64,000 bases of DNA from NCBI GenBank assembly GCA_016708905.1, contig JADJEV010000001.1:12254-76253 (forward strand), written 5' to 3'. Origin of the DNA: Candidatus Methylophosphatis roskildensis. GTDB lineage: Bacteria > Pseudomonadota > Gammaproteobacteria > Burkholderiales > Rhodocyclaceae. Below, one piece after another: positions 40,461-50,841 of this stretch. The notes under the pieces are model-generated. The model ran no database searches, was not told the origin of the DNA, and worked only from the letters and a program-made list of their open reading frames with translations. Positions within the stretch are counted from its first letter, which is position 1, and each line of letters begins with the position of its first letter. The translations under genes were made by a program, and so were the position numbers.

Positions 40461-42461
40461 CTACGGTTGTTCGATTTCTTGATAGAGCAGGATCTTGCCG
40501 CAGCGGAGCGCGCCGAGGCTGCGATTGCCAAGGCGATCGAGCTGCTGGAAGTCTTTCCGTTCTCATGCCGCAAAGCCATCTGCGGTTCCGGCAGTCCCTT
40601 TCTTCGCGAACTGATCATTCCCTTCGGGGGTTCTGGGTACGTGGCGCTGTTCGAGATCGAGGATCCGCGGACCGTAACCATTCTCGCTGTGCGCCACCAA
40701 CGGGAGGAGGACTACCACTAACCGAAGAAGTCAGGCACCCACAATTCCCGACGAGGTCGCCAGAAATGGCGTGCATACCTCGGCCCCGTTGCGGTGATTG
40801 CGGACGCGACTGGAGGGCGTCTGTGATGGGCAGGGCGCGGCCATGACCGGCCGGACACCGCTTCCACGAAGCCGCCATCTGAACGGCCGCTGCAATCTTA
40901 GACCTGCCGGACGACTTCCCGATCCCGGCCGGGGAGTTCCTTTGAGGATGACATCCAGAAAGGCGCCGTTGCCACGGGCAGCTTTCAAAACGAAATGCTC
41001 TCCGCGTACAATCGGCCAGGAGCCACCGTTGCCCCACCGGCAGTTTCTGACATCTCATCGACAACTGCCGGTCGGCGAACGTGAGGCGGGCACCAGGGGA
41101 ACACGCAGCCAACCCGGGCCGCTTGAAACGGAGTGCTTGGCGCAGCATATGCTGGGCAGCTGAGCAGCCCGTTTCGCTCCCTGACAACCACCCCTCTTTG
41201 ACCTCGGGAGACCTTGTGAGCGAACAAATCTCTTTCGAAACCAACGATTTCGCCAGCAATCCGGAGCCGCGCTGCCCTTGCATCCTCCTGCTGGACGTGT
41301 CGAGCTCAATGAACGGGCGCCCTCTCGACGAGCTGAACGCCGGACTAGCCACCTTCCGAGACTAACTGTCGGCCGATGCCCTGGCGATGAAGCGGGTTGA
41401 GGTGGGCATCGTCACCTTTGGCCCAGTCAAGGTTGAGACCGCATTCACCAGCGCCTCCACGTTCTACCCGCCGACGCTTCAGTCACAGAGCGACACTCCG
41501 ACCGGAGGTGCCATCACCCAGGCACTGAACATGGTCGAGGAACGCAAGCGCGACTACCGCGCGAACGGTATTTCGTACTACCGCCCTTGGGTGTTCCTCA
41601 TCACTGACGGCAAGCCGACCGACGCATGGTCAAACGCGGCGGACGCCATTCGCGAAGGCGAGGCATCGAAGAAGCTTGCGTTCTTCGCGATTGGTGTGCA
41701 GGGCGCGGACATGGACACCCTTCGCAAGATCAGTGTTCGCGAACCGCTGTCCCTCCAAGGCCTTAAGTTCCGCGAGTTGTGTCGCGGCCGACCTGAACCC
41801 GGTTCAAAGGTGACGATGTGAAACCGGATGTTCTTCCTCGTTTTCTTCAGCTGGAAGTATCCGAGCTGGCGTCTTCTTCGCTGTTGGGTGTGTTCTTCGG
41901 TCTTCTTCAAGGATCGTGTAGTAGCCGGGGTTGTGACCTGGCAAGAGACACGACATGGGACGAGAGGAGAAGCGCGCATGCCTGAACTGCGGAGGGGATT
42001 TACTCCGGAGGCGCGTAACGCGCGGCATCAGCGGTACTGCCGCTTGGCACCGTGCAAGGCGGTGAGCAAGCGGGCGAGTCAGGCGAAATGGTTGGCCAAG
42101 GCGGAGAACTTGGACTACCACCGTGGACCACAAGCGGTGGCTCGGGTACAAGCCTGGCGGGCAGCGCACCCCGGTTACAGTCGGCGCAAGGCAGCGGTGG
42201 CGGCGCCAGAAGTCACAAGGCAAGAGGCCCTGCCGAGGGCAGCCACTGAATCCGCACAAGAGGACTTGCCGGCGGCGGAGTCGCTCGCGCAGCAGATCTC
42301 TTGTAACGCTCCGATCGCACCGTTACAAGATCTCTTGAATGCACAACCCATTGTTCTGGTTGGGCTTATCGCTCACATCTGGGGGACCGCGTTACAAGAA
42401 GACATCGCCTCGGCCGTCTCCCGGTTGGTACAACTCGGGCTCGACATCCGAGGAGGACATC

Positions 42462-42824
42462 ATGAGCATTGCCAAGCGGGTTCTGAACCCGGAACGCCTG
42501 CGTCAGGTGCCCGAACACTTCAGCTGGGTCGATCACCGCCTGGTGCGGGAGCACACCATCGAGAAGGCTGACGTCTGTGCCTGGGCGCTCTACCTGTTTC
42601 TGGTCGCCGTTGCCGATGTCCACGGCCTGAGCTACTACGCCGAGGCCAGCCTGTCCCGGCGCCTCGGACTCGATCCGCACCGTCTGGCGAAGGCGCGCAG
42701 CGATCTCATCGGGCTCGACCTGATCGCCTACGACCCGCCGCTCTATCAGGTCCTGAGTTTGCCCGTCCAGTTGCCGATGGCCGCACGCCTTGAGCAATTG
42801 CACGCCATTCTCGGGCGGCGCTGA
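42462..42824 (+). CDS. small IS21-borne ORF upstream of istA (function unknown)
   Basis: ATG 42462 after GAGGAGGA. MSIAKRVLNPERLRQVPEHFSWVDHRLV.. The stop overlaps the istA ATG (ATGA). Confidence 0.4.
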   Translation: MSIAKRVLNPERLRQVPEHFSWVDHRLVREHTIEKADVCAWALYLFLVAVADVHGLSYYAEASLSRRLGLDPHRLAKARSDLIGLDLIAYDPPLYQVLSLPVQLPMAARLEQLHAILGRR

Positions 42825-43507
42825 TGATCGACTACGCCACCTGGTGCGCCATCCGCGATGGTGTCGAGAAACACCTCACTGCGGATCAACTGGCCACAGC
42901 GTTGAGCCTGGACGTCAAGACCGTCCGCCGCTGGATCGGCCGACCCTATGCGCAGCGGCAGACGGCCAAGCGCGACAGCAAGCTCGATCCGTTCAAGGGG
43001 CGCATCGTGCGCTGGCTGGAGACCCACGCGCTCACCGCGCAGCAAATCTTTCAGCGCCTGTGCGACGAGGGCTACGGCGGGGGCATCAGCATCGTCAAGG
43101 ACTACGTCCGCGCGATTCGTCCGCGGCCCCGCGAAGCCTTCCTGACGCTGGCCTTTGCGCCCGGCGAGGTGGCTCAGGTCGACTGGGGGGAGTTCGGAAC
43201 CATTGCCGTCGGCGACACTCGGCGTCGCCTGTCGTTCTTCGTCATGGTCCTGGCCTGGAGCCGGCAGATGTACGTCGAATTCACGCTCTCGCAAACCATG
43301 GAGCAGTTCCTGGCGGCGCACGTCAACGCCTTCAATGTCTTGGGCGTCCCCAAAAAGGTGATGGTCGACAACCTGCGCTGTGCCGTGCTCCGCCATCCCC
43401 GTGGCGAGCACGCCGAGTTCAATCCGCGCTATCTCGACTTCGCCCGCCACTACGGTTTCCAGATCGTCGCCTGCGCGGTGGCCAAGGGCAACGAGAAGGA
43501 GTGAGGT

Positions 43508-45584
43508 TCATACTATCTCCTGTTGGTCATGTGCAACGGCCATTTCGCTGGGCAACTTCCGCGGCCGGCCGATCTTGGGCGCGACAACCGTACCGGGTTC
43601 GGGCATCACGTACAAGCAATGGCTGGGGCCGCCGTAGATCTCGCGCTCAAGGATGCCCAGGTTCGCCCAGTGACTGACGGTGGCCACGCATACACCCAAG
43701 CGCTGTGCAATTTCCTCGGCTGTCTGTAGGCCACGCGCACGGAGGCGCTCGTAGCGACTTCTGAGCTTGTAGGCTATGCGCATGCGGCGAACCTTCAGGT
43801 AAGTGAAGGGTTCTTGCCGCCAGTTGCGATATCCCATCTCGTTGAGCCGTTTGGCCGCCTGGGTATCACTACATGTTTCGAGCAATTGGTCCAGTGCAAT
43901 GACCACCTGGGGAGGTGTCTTGCGCACCTGCGCGATGGGCAGGCTTCGCGCTACACGGATCGAACTTGTCTGACCACCGCGCCAGCGAATTCCCGCAGTG
44001 ATTTCCTTGCGGTCGGCCACGATCGTCACATCTTCGATCAATAGGGCCAGCATGCGCTTGCGCTCTATGGGATCGGTACGAGGGTCGTGCCACACCCGTG
44101 GAAGTCCGCAGCGATGGCCATGACGCGTTCGCGGGCCTGGCTGTCGAGCGCCTTGGCATCGGACTGACGCTGTTGGTCATGGAATTGCTGCAAGGCACTG
44201 ATCTGTCGCAGACACGCGTTCCAGTCAGCCTCCAGCGCGTCTGCAACAAGGCGGTTGTCTGGATCGACCTTGAGGAATCTGCGACGGGCAAGATCTGCTT
44301 CATAGCGAGCCCGCTCGAGTTGCTTGCTCCGCAATTCATCGGCCCGCCCAATGCGCGCGGCGATCTCGTCCTGACCTGCAGGGCGAGCGCCAAGGCGGCC
44401 GGTGCGACCTTGTCCAGCAGCTGCGCACCGATCGCAGCGTCGAGGCTGGCCCCTTGTAGGCTCTGACATGCTTTGGCCCCGCGTCGCACGGCGGCCACCA
44501 GGCACTGGTAGTAAGGCACCGTAGTTGTGGCGATATGGCTGTATCGCGTGCTCATGCGCGCACCGCAACGTCCGCAAATGATGCGCCCCTGAAGCAGGCC
44601 AACGCCTTCGCGCGGCGGGCTGCCACGGCCGGTAACGCCGCGGCCGGGGGCGTTGTGCTTGAGCGTGAGCTGGTTGCGTTCGAACTCATCCCAGTCGATG
44701 TAGCCAGGATGTGCATTGCATATCAACGTATGCCACTGCTCACGCGGGACCTGCAGAAGATGGGGACGCAGATTTTCGTCACGGGCCGGTGGACGCGCCC
44801 AGGACAAAGGCACCGGCGTAGCGCGGGTTGTGCAGTATCTCTACCACGCGCCTGTGATCGATCGAACCCCAAAGCACGTCACCCTTGCCGAGGCCCCGCT
44901 GCAGGCGCCGAGGAAAGCGGACACCCTCGCGCTCGAAGCGACGCACGACCGCACAAGCCGAGCCGCTTTGCCGGTAGGTATCGAAGACGAACTGCAACGC
45001 ACTGCGGATCTGCGCGTCAGGATCGAGCACAACTGCACCGCTGGGTGTATAGACCAGGCCGACCGGTAGGGCCAATTCCAACTCACCACGGCTGGCCTTG
45101 TTGCGTATGCCGCCTTGCAGACGGGCCTTCAGGATGTGCAGTTCGGCCTCACTCATCGTGCCCTTCAGGCCCAGCAGCAGACGGTCGTTGAAGTGCGCAG
45201 GGTCATACACACCGTCTTCGTCGCAGATGAGGGTCTGCGACATGGCGGCGAGCTCGAGCAAGCGGTGCCAGTCAGCGTTGTTGCGCGCCAAGCGCGAGAC
45301 CTCCAACCCAAGGACGATGCCTGCGTGCCCCATGGCGACCTCAGAGACGAGGTGCTGGAAGCCGTCGCGGTTTCGCGAGCTGGCGCCCGAGCGTCCGAGA
45401 TCGTTGTCGATGGTGTGGATGCGTTCGATCGGCCACCCGAGTGCCACTGCGCGCTGTTGCAATGCGTACTGGCGCTTCGTGCTCTCGGTGTTTTCCAGCA
45501 CCTGGCGCAAGGTGGACTGACGAACGTACAGGTAGGCATCACGACGCAGATGGTTGGTGCTGACCTTGGGGATTCAGAGTACAT
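43508..45584 (-). pseudogene. large serine recombinase with several frame changes
   Basis: The pieces lie in different frames:
- (M)YSESP / KVSTNHLRRDAYLYVRQSTLRQVLENTESTKRQYAL..GIVLGLEVSRLARNNADWH (resolvase domain)
- ..REQWHTLICNAHPGYIDWDEFERNQ..GRIICGRCGARM (zinc ribbon)
- ..LERARYEADLARRRF (coiled coil)
- ..DPIERKRMLALLIEDVTIV..
ATG at 45584 after AGGAG. Confidence 0.75.
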
Positions 45585-46335
45585 GGGTAGGCTCCTGTGT
45601 ATAGCGCAAGACCATGTTGGCCAGCAGCCGCAACAGAGCGGGGTCGCTCGGCGAGGCGGCGGGCGTGACGGCGGGCGCACCTGAGCTCACGCCCACTACG
45701 GGTGTGCCGGCTGCGCCGATGAGCTTCATGCCACCGAGCAAGCCGTGATAAGCCACGGCAGCAAGCCCCTCTGGACGAGCTTGGCCGAGCAGCACAGCAG
45801 TGCGCAGTTGCTCGTAGGCTTCGATTCCTGCCGGCACGATCTTGCCTTTCGTCGTGGTGTCTGAGCGCGCTTCGAGGCTCAGCGTTTTTTTCCGCTCCAA
45901 CGCACGTTCGATGCTGCGTGGATGCACCGCGATGTGCTTCTCATCGCGTAGGGCCTTGGCGAGCGCTCGGGCGTGTAGCGTGGGATCCTCGGCCTGACGC
46001 CCGGCAATAAAGACCATGACCTCGTCGGTGAGCTTGTGCGCACCCTTGGGGCCGCGCCGTTGCGGCAAAAGCCCGGCTACGCCGTCGCGGTCGAACGCGT
46101 TCATCGCCTGGTACAAGGTCGGTCGCGACATTCCGTACATGGCCGCCGCCTGCGCCTTGGGCGTGCCCTCGTGGCTGACCTGGCGAAGCATCTCGTACTT
46201 CACCTGGACGAGGTCCAGCGCGTCGAAGAAGACACTGTTGCGAAAGTGTGGCGCGCTCACCCGGTCGGGGTGCAAGTTGAGCGACTCGTTCTGCTTTAGC
46301 CGCTCAGCCTTGGCGCTTCTCTTGGTCCTGATCAC
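45574..46335 (-). CDS. HTH-domain protein upstream of the serine recombinase
   Basis: ..VKYEMLRQVSHEGTPKAQAAAMYGMSRPTLYQAMNAFDRDGVAGLLPQRRGPKG.. The start is uncertain (GTG 46335 proposed). The upstream part of track ORF 45574..46584 is AT-rich and probably non-coding. Confidence 0.5.
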   Translation of the reverse strand: MIRTKRSAKAERLKQNESLNLHPDRVSAPHFRNSVFFDALDLVQVKYEMLRQVSHEGTPKAQAAAMYGMSRPTLYQAMNAFDRDGVAGLLPQRRGPKGAHKLTDEVMVFIAGRQAEDPTLHARALAKALRDEKHIAVHPRSIERALERKKTLSLEARSDTTTKGKIVPAGIEAYEQLRTAVLLGQARPEGLAAVAYHGLLGGMKLIGAAGTPVVGVSSGAPAVTPAASPSDPALLRLLANMVLRYTQEPTHVL

Positions 46336-46580
46336 AGTGGTTACAGTGGCCGTTTGTATGTATTGTAATATATGCCGCCATTGTTGGATGTCAAGGGTAA
46401 TTTTTTGCGAGGTAGACCTTTGAATAAGCCAAGCAAACATCACTAGCCCCCCACTTTCTACCTCCGTCACTCCGGCCAACCTGCCCAACCAGCAAGCCAC
46501 GAAGTCGATCACCGTCACCATTGATGTGTTCACTGACAAGATCATGAGCGGCATAATTAAAATGACGTATGCGGCGGAAT

Positions 46581-46763
46581 TCATTTGACACCGCCTTCTT
46601 CGTCGCGAACCTTCAGCGCGGCGATCAGCGCGCTCAGCCGCAGCAGATCATCGACGCGCAGCCAACTGCGCCCCGCCGACGCCGCCATGAACGAATCGAG
46701 CTCGTGCAGACTCGTCCACGACGTCAGCACTGAGACCAGCTGTCCCCGCGCGTCGTAGTACAT
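46581..46763 (-). CDS. small conserved-looking ORF at the head of the recombinase operon (start unclear)
   Basis: MYYDARGQLVSVLTSWTSLHELDSF.. The same frame is open upstream (..ITHAFHPRRGERITAATRKKTWGDDRI-MYYD..) without an obvious start. From memory it resembles small proteins that accompany serine-recombinase modules. Confidence 0.35.
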   Translation of the reverse strand: MYYDARGQLVSVLTSWTSLHELDSFMAASAGRSWLRVDDLLRLSALIAALKVRDEEGGVK

Positions 46764-47681
46764 GATCCGGTCATCACCCCACGTCTTCTTGCGCGTGGCG
46801 GCCGTAATCCGCTCGCCACGCCTGGGATGAAATGCGTGCGTGATCTCAACAAGGGTTCTCTGACATTGCGTACAACCGTCAGTTGGGGACTTACGAGAAG
46901 GGCCGGGTCGAGCGCGGTGTCGGCTACGTCAAGGGCAACTTCCTTGCCGGCCTGGATCTGCCGGAGTTTGCCGCGCTCAATCCGGCACTGCGCCTCTGGC
47001 TGGAGTCGGTGGCCAATGTCCGCTTGCACCGGGAAACCCATCGCCGGCCAGTCGATCTGTGGAGGGAGGAGCAAGCCCATTTGCAGGCGGTCAATCCCCG
47101 CCCCTTCGATGTCGGCCGGGTGCTGACGCTGCGCGCCAACCGGCAATTCCGGGTGAGCTTCGAGGGCAACCGTTATTCGGTACCGGCGCGCTTTGCCGGC
47201 AGCCAAGTGACCGTGAAGGTTTATCCGGACCGACTCTGCGTGTATCACGGCGAGGAATTGATCGCACGCCATGGCCGCTCATTCGAGCGGCACCGCGACA
47301 TCGAGGATCCGGATCATCCGAAGGCGCTGCTGGCACAGCGTCGCCATGCGCGCGACGCCCACGTGCTCAAGCGCTTCCTTGCCCTGTCGCCGCTGGCGGC
47401 GAAGTACCACGCCGGTCTGCTGGAGCGCCGCGGCAATGCCATTTCGCATGTCCGCAAGATCGTGGCGCTGGCCGAGATCCATGGCGACGATCCGGTACTG
47501 CGGGCGATGACTGATGCATTGGCCTTCGAGGCGTTCAGCAGCGAGTACATCGCGCATTTGATCGAGGCGCGCGAGCGCAAATTGCCCGAGGCGAGCCCGC
47601 TGCTGCTGATGCGCCGTCAGGATGCGCTGGATCTGGAGTTACCGCCGGCCGATTTGTCGGCTTATGCAAACTTAACAGGAG

Positions 47682-48434
47682 ATGACAATGGGAATGACTG
47701 AGGCTCTATTGCAGACGAATCTGAAGCGCTTGCAGTTGCCGTATTTCGCCGACCACCACAGCGCCTTGATGGCGCAGGCGGGGCGCGAATCCTGGTCGCA
47801 TGGCCGACTGCTCGAGCACCTGGTCGACGGTGAGGTGGCCCGTCGTGATGCCGCCTTGATCGAGCGCCGGCTGAAGGCGGCGCGCCTGCCCGGGATCAAG
47901 ACGCTCGATGGCTTCGATTGGAGTTGGCCGAAGAGGATCAATCGGGCGCAGCTCCAGCAGGTGTTTCGCCTGGACTTCCTCCCCCAACACGGCAATCTGA
48001 TCCTGCTCGGAGGCGTCGGTGTCGGCAAGACGCATCTGGCGATTGCCCTGGCGCATACCGCTTGCCTCAAGGGCAGGACGGCCCTGTTTACCAGCGCAGT
48101 CGATATCGTCAATACGCTGGCCGCCGCCCAGGCTACCGGCGGCATCAAGCGCGAGATGGCACGCCTGCTCAAGCCTTCGTTACTCGTCGTCGATGAACTG
48201 GGGTACTTGCCGATCGACAAGTTCGGCGCCGATGCGCTGTTCCAGGTGATCAGCCAACGCTACGAGCGCGGTTCGACGATCATTACTACGAATCGGGCGT
48301 TCAAGAACTGGCCGGAGATCTTCAACAACGACAGCACGCTGACTTCGGCTTTGCTCGACCGCTTGCTTCATCACGCCGAGTCCATCGTCATTGAGGGCCG
48401 TAGCTACCGCATGCGCGATCAGTCCGATTCCTGA
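47682..48434 (+). CDS. istB: IS21 helper ATPase IstB
   Basis: ..LLGGVGVGKTHLAIALA (Walker A)..LLVVDELGYLP (Walker B).. Confidence 0.9.
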   Translation: MTMGMTEALLQTNLKRLQLPYFADHHSALMAQAGRESWSHGRLLEHLVDGEVARRDAALIERRLKAARLPGIKTLDGFDWSWPKRINRAQLQQVFRLDFLPQHGNLILLGGVGVGKTHLAIALAHTACLKGRTALFTSAVDIVNTLAAAQATGGIKREMARLLKPSLLVVDELGYLPIDKFGADALFQVISQRYERGSTIITTNRAFKNWPEIFNNDSTLTSALLDRLLHHAESIVIEGRSYRMRDQSDS

Positions 48435-48685
48435 TCCGACCTTCACCATAAACCGCCGGCTTCCTGCATCGCAGGGCCGGCCGCTTTCGCTTGCTCCGGC
48501 GAGTCTCCCCTCGGGCCGCTTCAACACCCCAGTTTCCGCTCCGCTTCCAAGTCGTCAGATTCGGACCAGTTTCGAGCCGGCGCGGACAAGTTGTTCAGCT
48601 GGCTGTCGAGCTCGCTCCGCTCGGTGTCGCGTTCGACCCCCGGCACCGAGGTACCGCTCGAAGCACCCAAAGGCTGGGCCTCTGT

Positions 48686-49447
48686 GTGACTTGGCGTCTT
48701 GTGTACGCCTCTGAGGTCGGAACCTCCCACGCACACACCGCTACTCCCTGCCAAGACAGCTGCTGGGCATTGGTCGACCGTCTGGCGGACGGGCAGCCGC
48801 TCCTGTCGGTATTCGTCGCAGACGGGGCTGGCAGCGCTGCTAAAGGCGGGGAAGGTGCGGAGCTCGCTATCGAGGCTGCCGCAGCTTTCATCGCCAAGAA
48901 GGCGAAGCAGGGAGAGTTCGGTCTGAGCGACGTGCTTGCCACCGACATCGTGCTCGCAATACGCGAGCGCATTTATGCAGTTGCCGAAGCGGAGAAGCTG
49001 AAGGCGCGTGACTGCGCCTGCACGTTCTTGGGCGTGCTCTCGGCTGCTGCCGGGACGTTGGTTCTTCAAGTCGGTGACGGCGGCGTCGTTCTGGACACCG
49101 GTGCGGGGCTCGAGGTAGCCGTCGTCCCGATGTCGGGCGAGTATGCGAACATGACGCACTTCGTGACCGACGAGGACGCCGTGACCGTCCTTGCGACCAA
49201 GACGTACCCTGACCGGGCATTGAAGGTCGCTGCGTTCACTGATGGCATACAGCGACTTGCCTTGAACCTCGCGACCAACACACCGCACGAGCCGTTCTTC
49301 GCGCCGTTCTTCAACGGAATGGCCAAGGCAAATGCTGCGCAGGAAGACCAACTCCAAGGCCTGCTGGTCAAGTTCCTGAACAGCCCACCGGTCAACGAGC
49401 GCACGGATGACGACAAGACGTTCGCGTTGGCGCTCTGGATGTCCTGA
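48686..49447 (+). CDS. PP2C-like protein phosphatase (TerY-P triad member)
   Basis: The GTG at 48686 overlaps the vWA stop (GTGA). [44 protein letters not shown].. Confidence 0.75.
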   Translation: MTWRLVYASEVGTSHAHTATPCQDSCWALVDRLADGQPLLSVFVADGAGSAAKGGEGAELAIEAAAAFIAKKAKQGEFGLSDVLATDIVLAIRERIYAVAEAEKLKARDCACTFLGVLSAAAGTLVLQVGDGGVVLDTGAGLEVAVVPMSGEYANMTHFVTDEDAVTVLATKTYPDRALKVAAFTDGIQRLALNLATNTPHEPFFAPFFNGMAKANAAQEDQLQGLLVKFLNSPPVNERTDDDKTFALALWMS

Positions 49448-50841
49448 CATCGCGTATGCCGAGGACCCTGTACACCTCCAGAGGGACAGCGGTCGACATC
49501 GGCCGCGAACTTGGCAAGGGCGGCGAGGGCTCAGTCTTTGATGTGCCGTCCTCGTCCAGCCAGGTCGCCAAGCTTTACCACAAGGCGCCGGACGGTAAGA
49601 AACAGGCCAAGTTGAGCTTCATGGCGTCAACAGCAGACGCCCAGCTGCTCAACTACGTCGCCTGGCCACAGGAGACACTACATCCCAGCCGAGGTGGCCC
49701 TGTCATCGGCTTCCTAATGCCGAAGGTGTCCGGCAAGAACCCAGTGCATATGGTGTACAGCCCGGCGCATCGCCGGCAGGACTATCCGAAGGCGGCTTGG
49801 GACTTCTTGCTGTACGTGGCGCGAAACATCGCGGCCTCGTTCAAGACTGTACACGCGCACGGCCACGTTGTTGGCGACGTCAACCAGAACAGCTTCATGG
49901 TGGGCCGCGACAGCAAGGTCGTCCTCATCGACAGCGACTCGTTCCAAGTCAACGCCCGCGGGACCATGCACCTCTGCGAGGTGGGCGTCTCGCACTTCAC
50001 TCCGCCCGAGCTCCAGACGTTGTCGTCGTTCGATGGGTTTAAGCGCACGACGAACCATGACAACTTCGGGCTGGCACTTCTGATATTCCATGTGCTATTC
50101 GGCGGCCGGCATCCGTAATCGGGCGTTCCCCTTCGCAATGGCGTAGGAGACGCGCTCGAGACGGACATCAAGAATTTCCGCTACGCCTATGCTCGGGACA
50201 ACCAAGCCCGTGGCTTCAGCCCGCCGCCACGCTCCATCCCGGTCTCTATGCTTCCCGATGCGATGGAGTCCATGTTCCATTTCGCGTTCACGGAGAAGGG
50301 AGCATCGGACGCTCGACCAACGGCACAGCAGTGGGTGGCCGCGCTAGACAGCGTCCGGAGCCGCCTCAAGAAGTGCAGCGCATCCGACATGCACGTCTAT
50401 CCAGACCGCTTGGCGTCATGCCCGTGGTGCTCTCTGGAAAGGCAGGGGGTGGCGTATTTCATCGATCTGGGCACTACCTTTACCCAGACGACCACAGGCT
50501 TTGTGCTTACTCAGAGCTTGTGATTTATTCCCCGGCGCGGCCGGAAGGCCACACAAGGAACATTGGCGCCGGGTTGTTCGGCGCAAGATGGATTTCGCAT
50601 TGCCTACCCCGCTATCGAGCGTTCATTTGGCGGATTTCCACCGATTCGGGCCCTCAAACCGGCAATCCGGCGATGCCGGACGAACCTGTCCCTATCCCGA
50701 GCAATTGCGGCGCCAGTGCCGCCATGCGCATCAGGTTGTGCGCCAGGGCGAAGATCGTGTCCCTCCGGCAATGCGGCATAGATTCTGCGGTTCGCGCTGA
50801 TTGGTACGGGGGTTGGCAATGAAGTAGTTTGCATTTGGGTC

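Larger units (their letters stand above)
38761..40721 (+). pseudogene. ParE/RelE-family toxin gene split by the 1.65-kb element
   Basis: The 5' part is MSRFRVRFTPEAEEDL (38761-38808). The 3' part is (L)RLFDFLIEQDLAAAERAEAAIAKAIELLEVFPFSCRKA..GYVALFEIEDPRTVTILAVRHQREEDYH (40461-40721). Joining GAAGAC to CTACGG restores one continuous ORF. Confidence 0.75.
43500..46894 (-). mobile_element. serine-recombinase-type element (small ORF, HTH protein, large serine recombinase) inserted in istA
   Basis: Flanked by the direct repeat GAGAAGG (43493-43499 and 46895-46901). The three co-oriented genes fill the insert, and the recombinase stop is 8 bp from the left junction. Confidence 0.65.
42824..47701 (+). 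pseudogene. istA: IS21 transposase IstA, interrupted between codons ..KGNEK and GRVERG..
   Basis: N-terminal part is 42824-43499 (..QVDWGEFGTIAVGD..VAKGNEK). C-terminal part is 46902-47701 (GRVERGVGYVKGNFL..). A 3395-bp insertion lies between them. Confidence 0.85.
41780..48588 (+). mobile_element. IS21-family insertion sequence (with extra upstream ORFs and a nested 3.4-kb insertion)
   Basis: 5-bp target duplication AGTTG (41775-41779 and 48589-48593). Imperfect TGTC.. terminal inverted repeats (about 27/41 matching). istA and istB lie inside. Removing the element restores the vWA reading frame. Confidence 0.8.
41216..48689 (+). pseudogene. vWA-domain protein (TerY-like) with an in-frame TAA and split by IS21
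   Basis: GTG 41216. [34 protein letters not shown] (MIDAS DxSxS). TAA at 41363-41365 where homologs have E (..[25 protein letters not shown]..). The ORF is cut after ..LKFREL at 41779 and resumes at 48594 as [31 protein letters not shown]-stop (48687-48689). Confidence 0.75.

Noticed and set aside
40615-41352. 245-aa minus-strand ORF spanning the parE 3' end to the vWA 5' end
   Set aside because: It crosses two recognised plus-strand genes and a repeat-rich spacer, and it has an Arg/Ser/Pro-rich composition with no motifs.
41828-42571. 247-aa track ORF at the left end of the IS21 element (possible real start ATG 41978 after GAGGAGA, MPELRRGFTPEARNARHQRYCRLAPC..)
   Set aside because: It is plausibly a passenger gene, but its 3' part overlaps the better-supported 42462..42824 ORF in another frame and turns low-complexity. 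The boundaries cannot be fixed without homologs.
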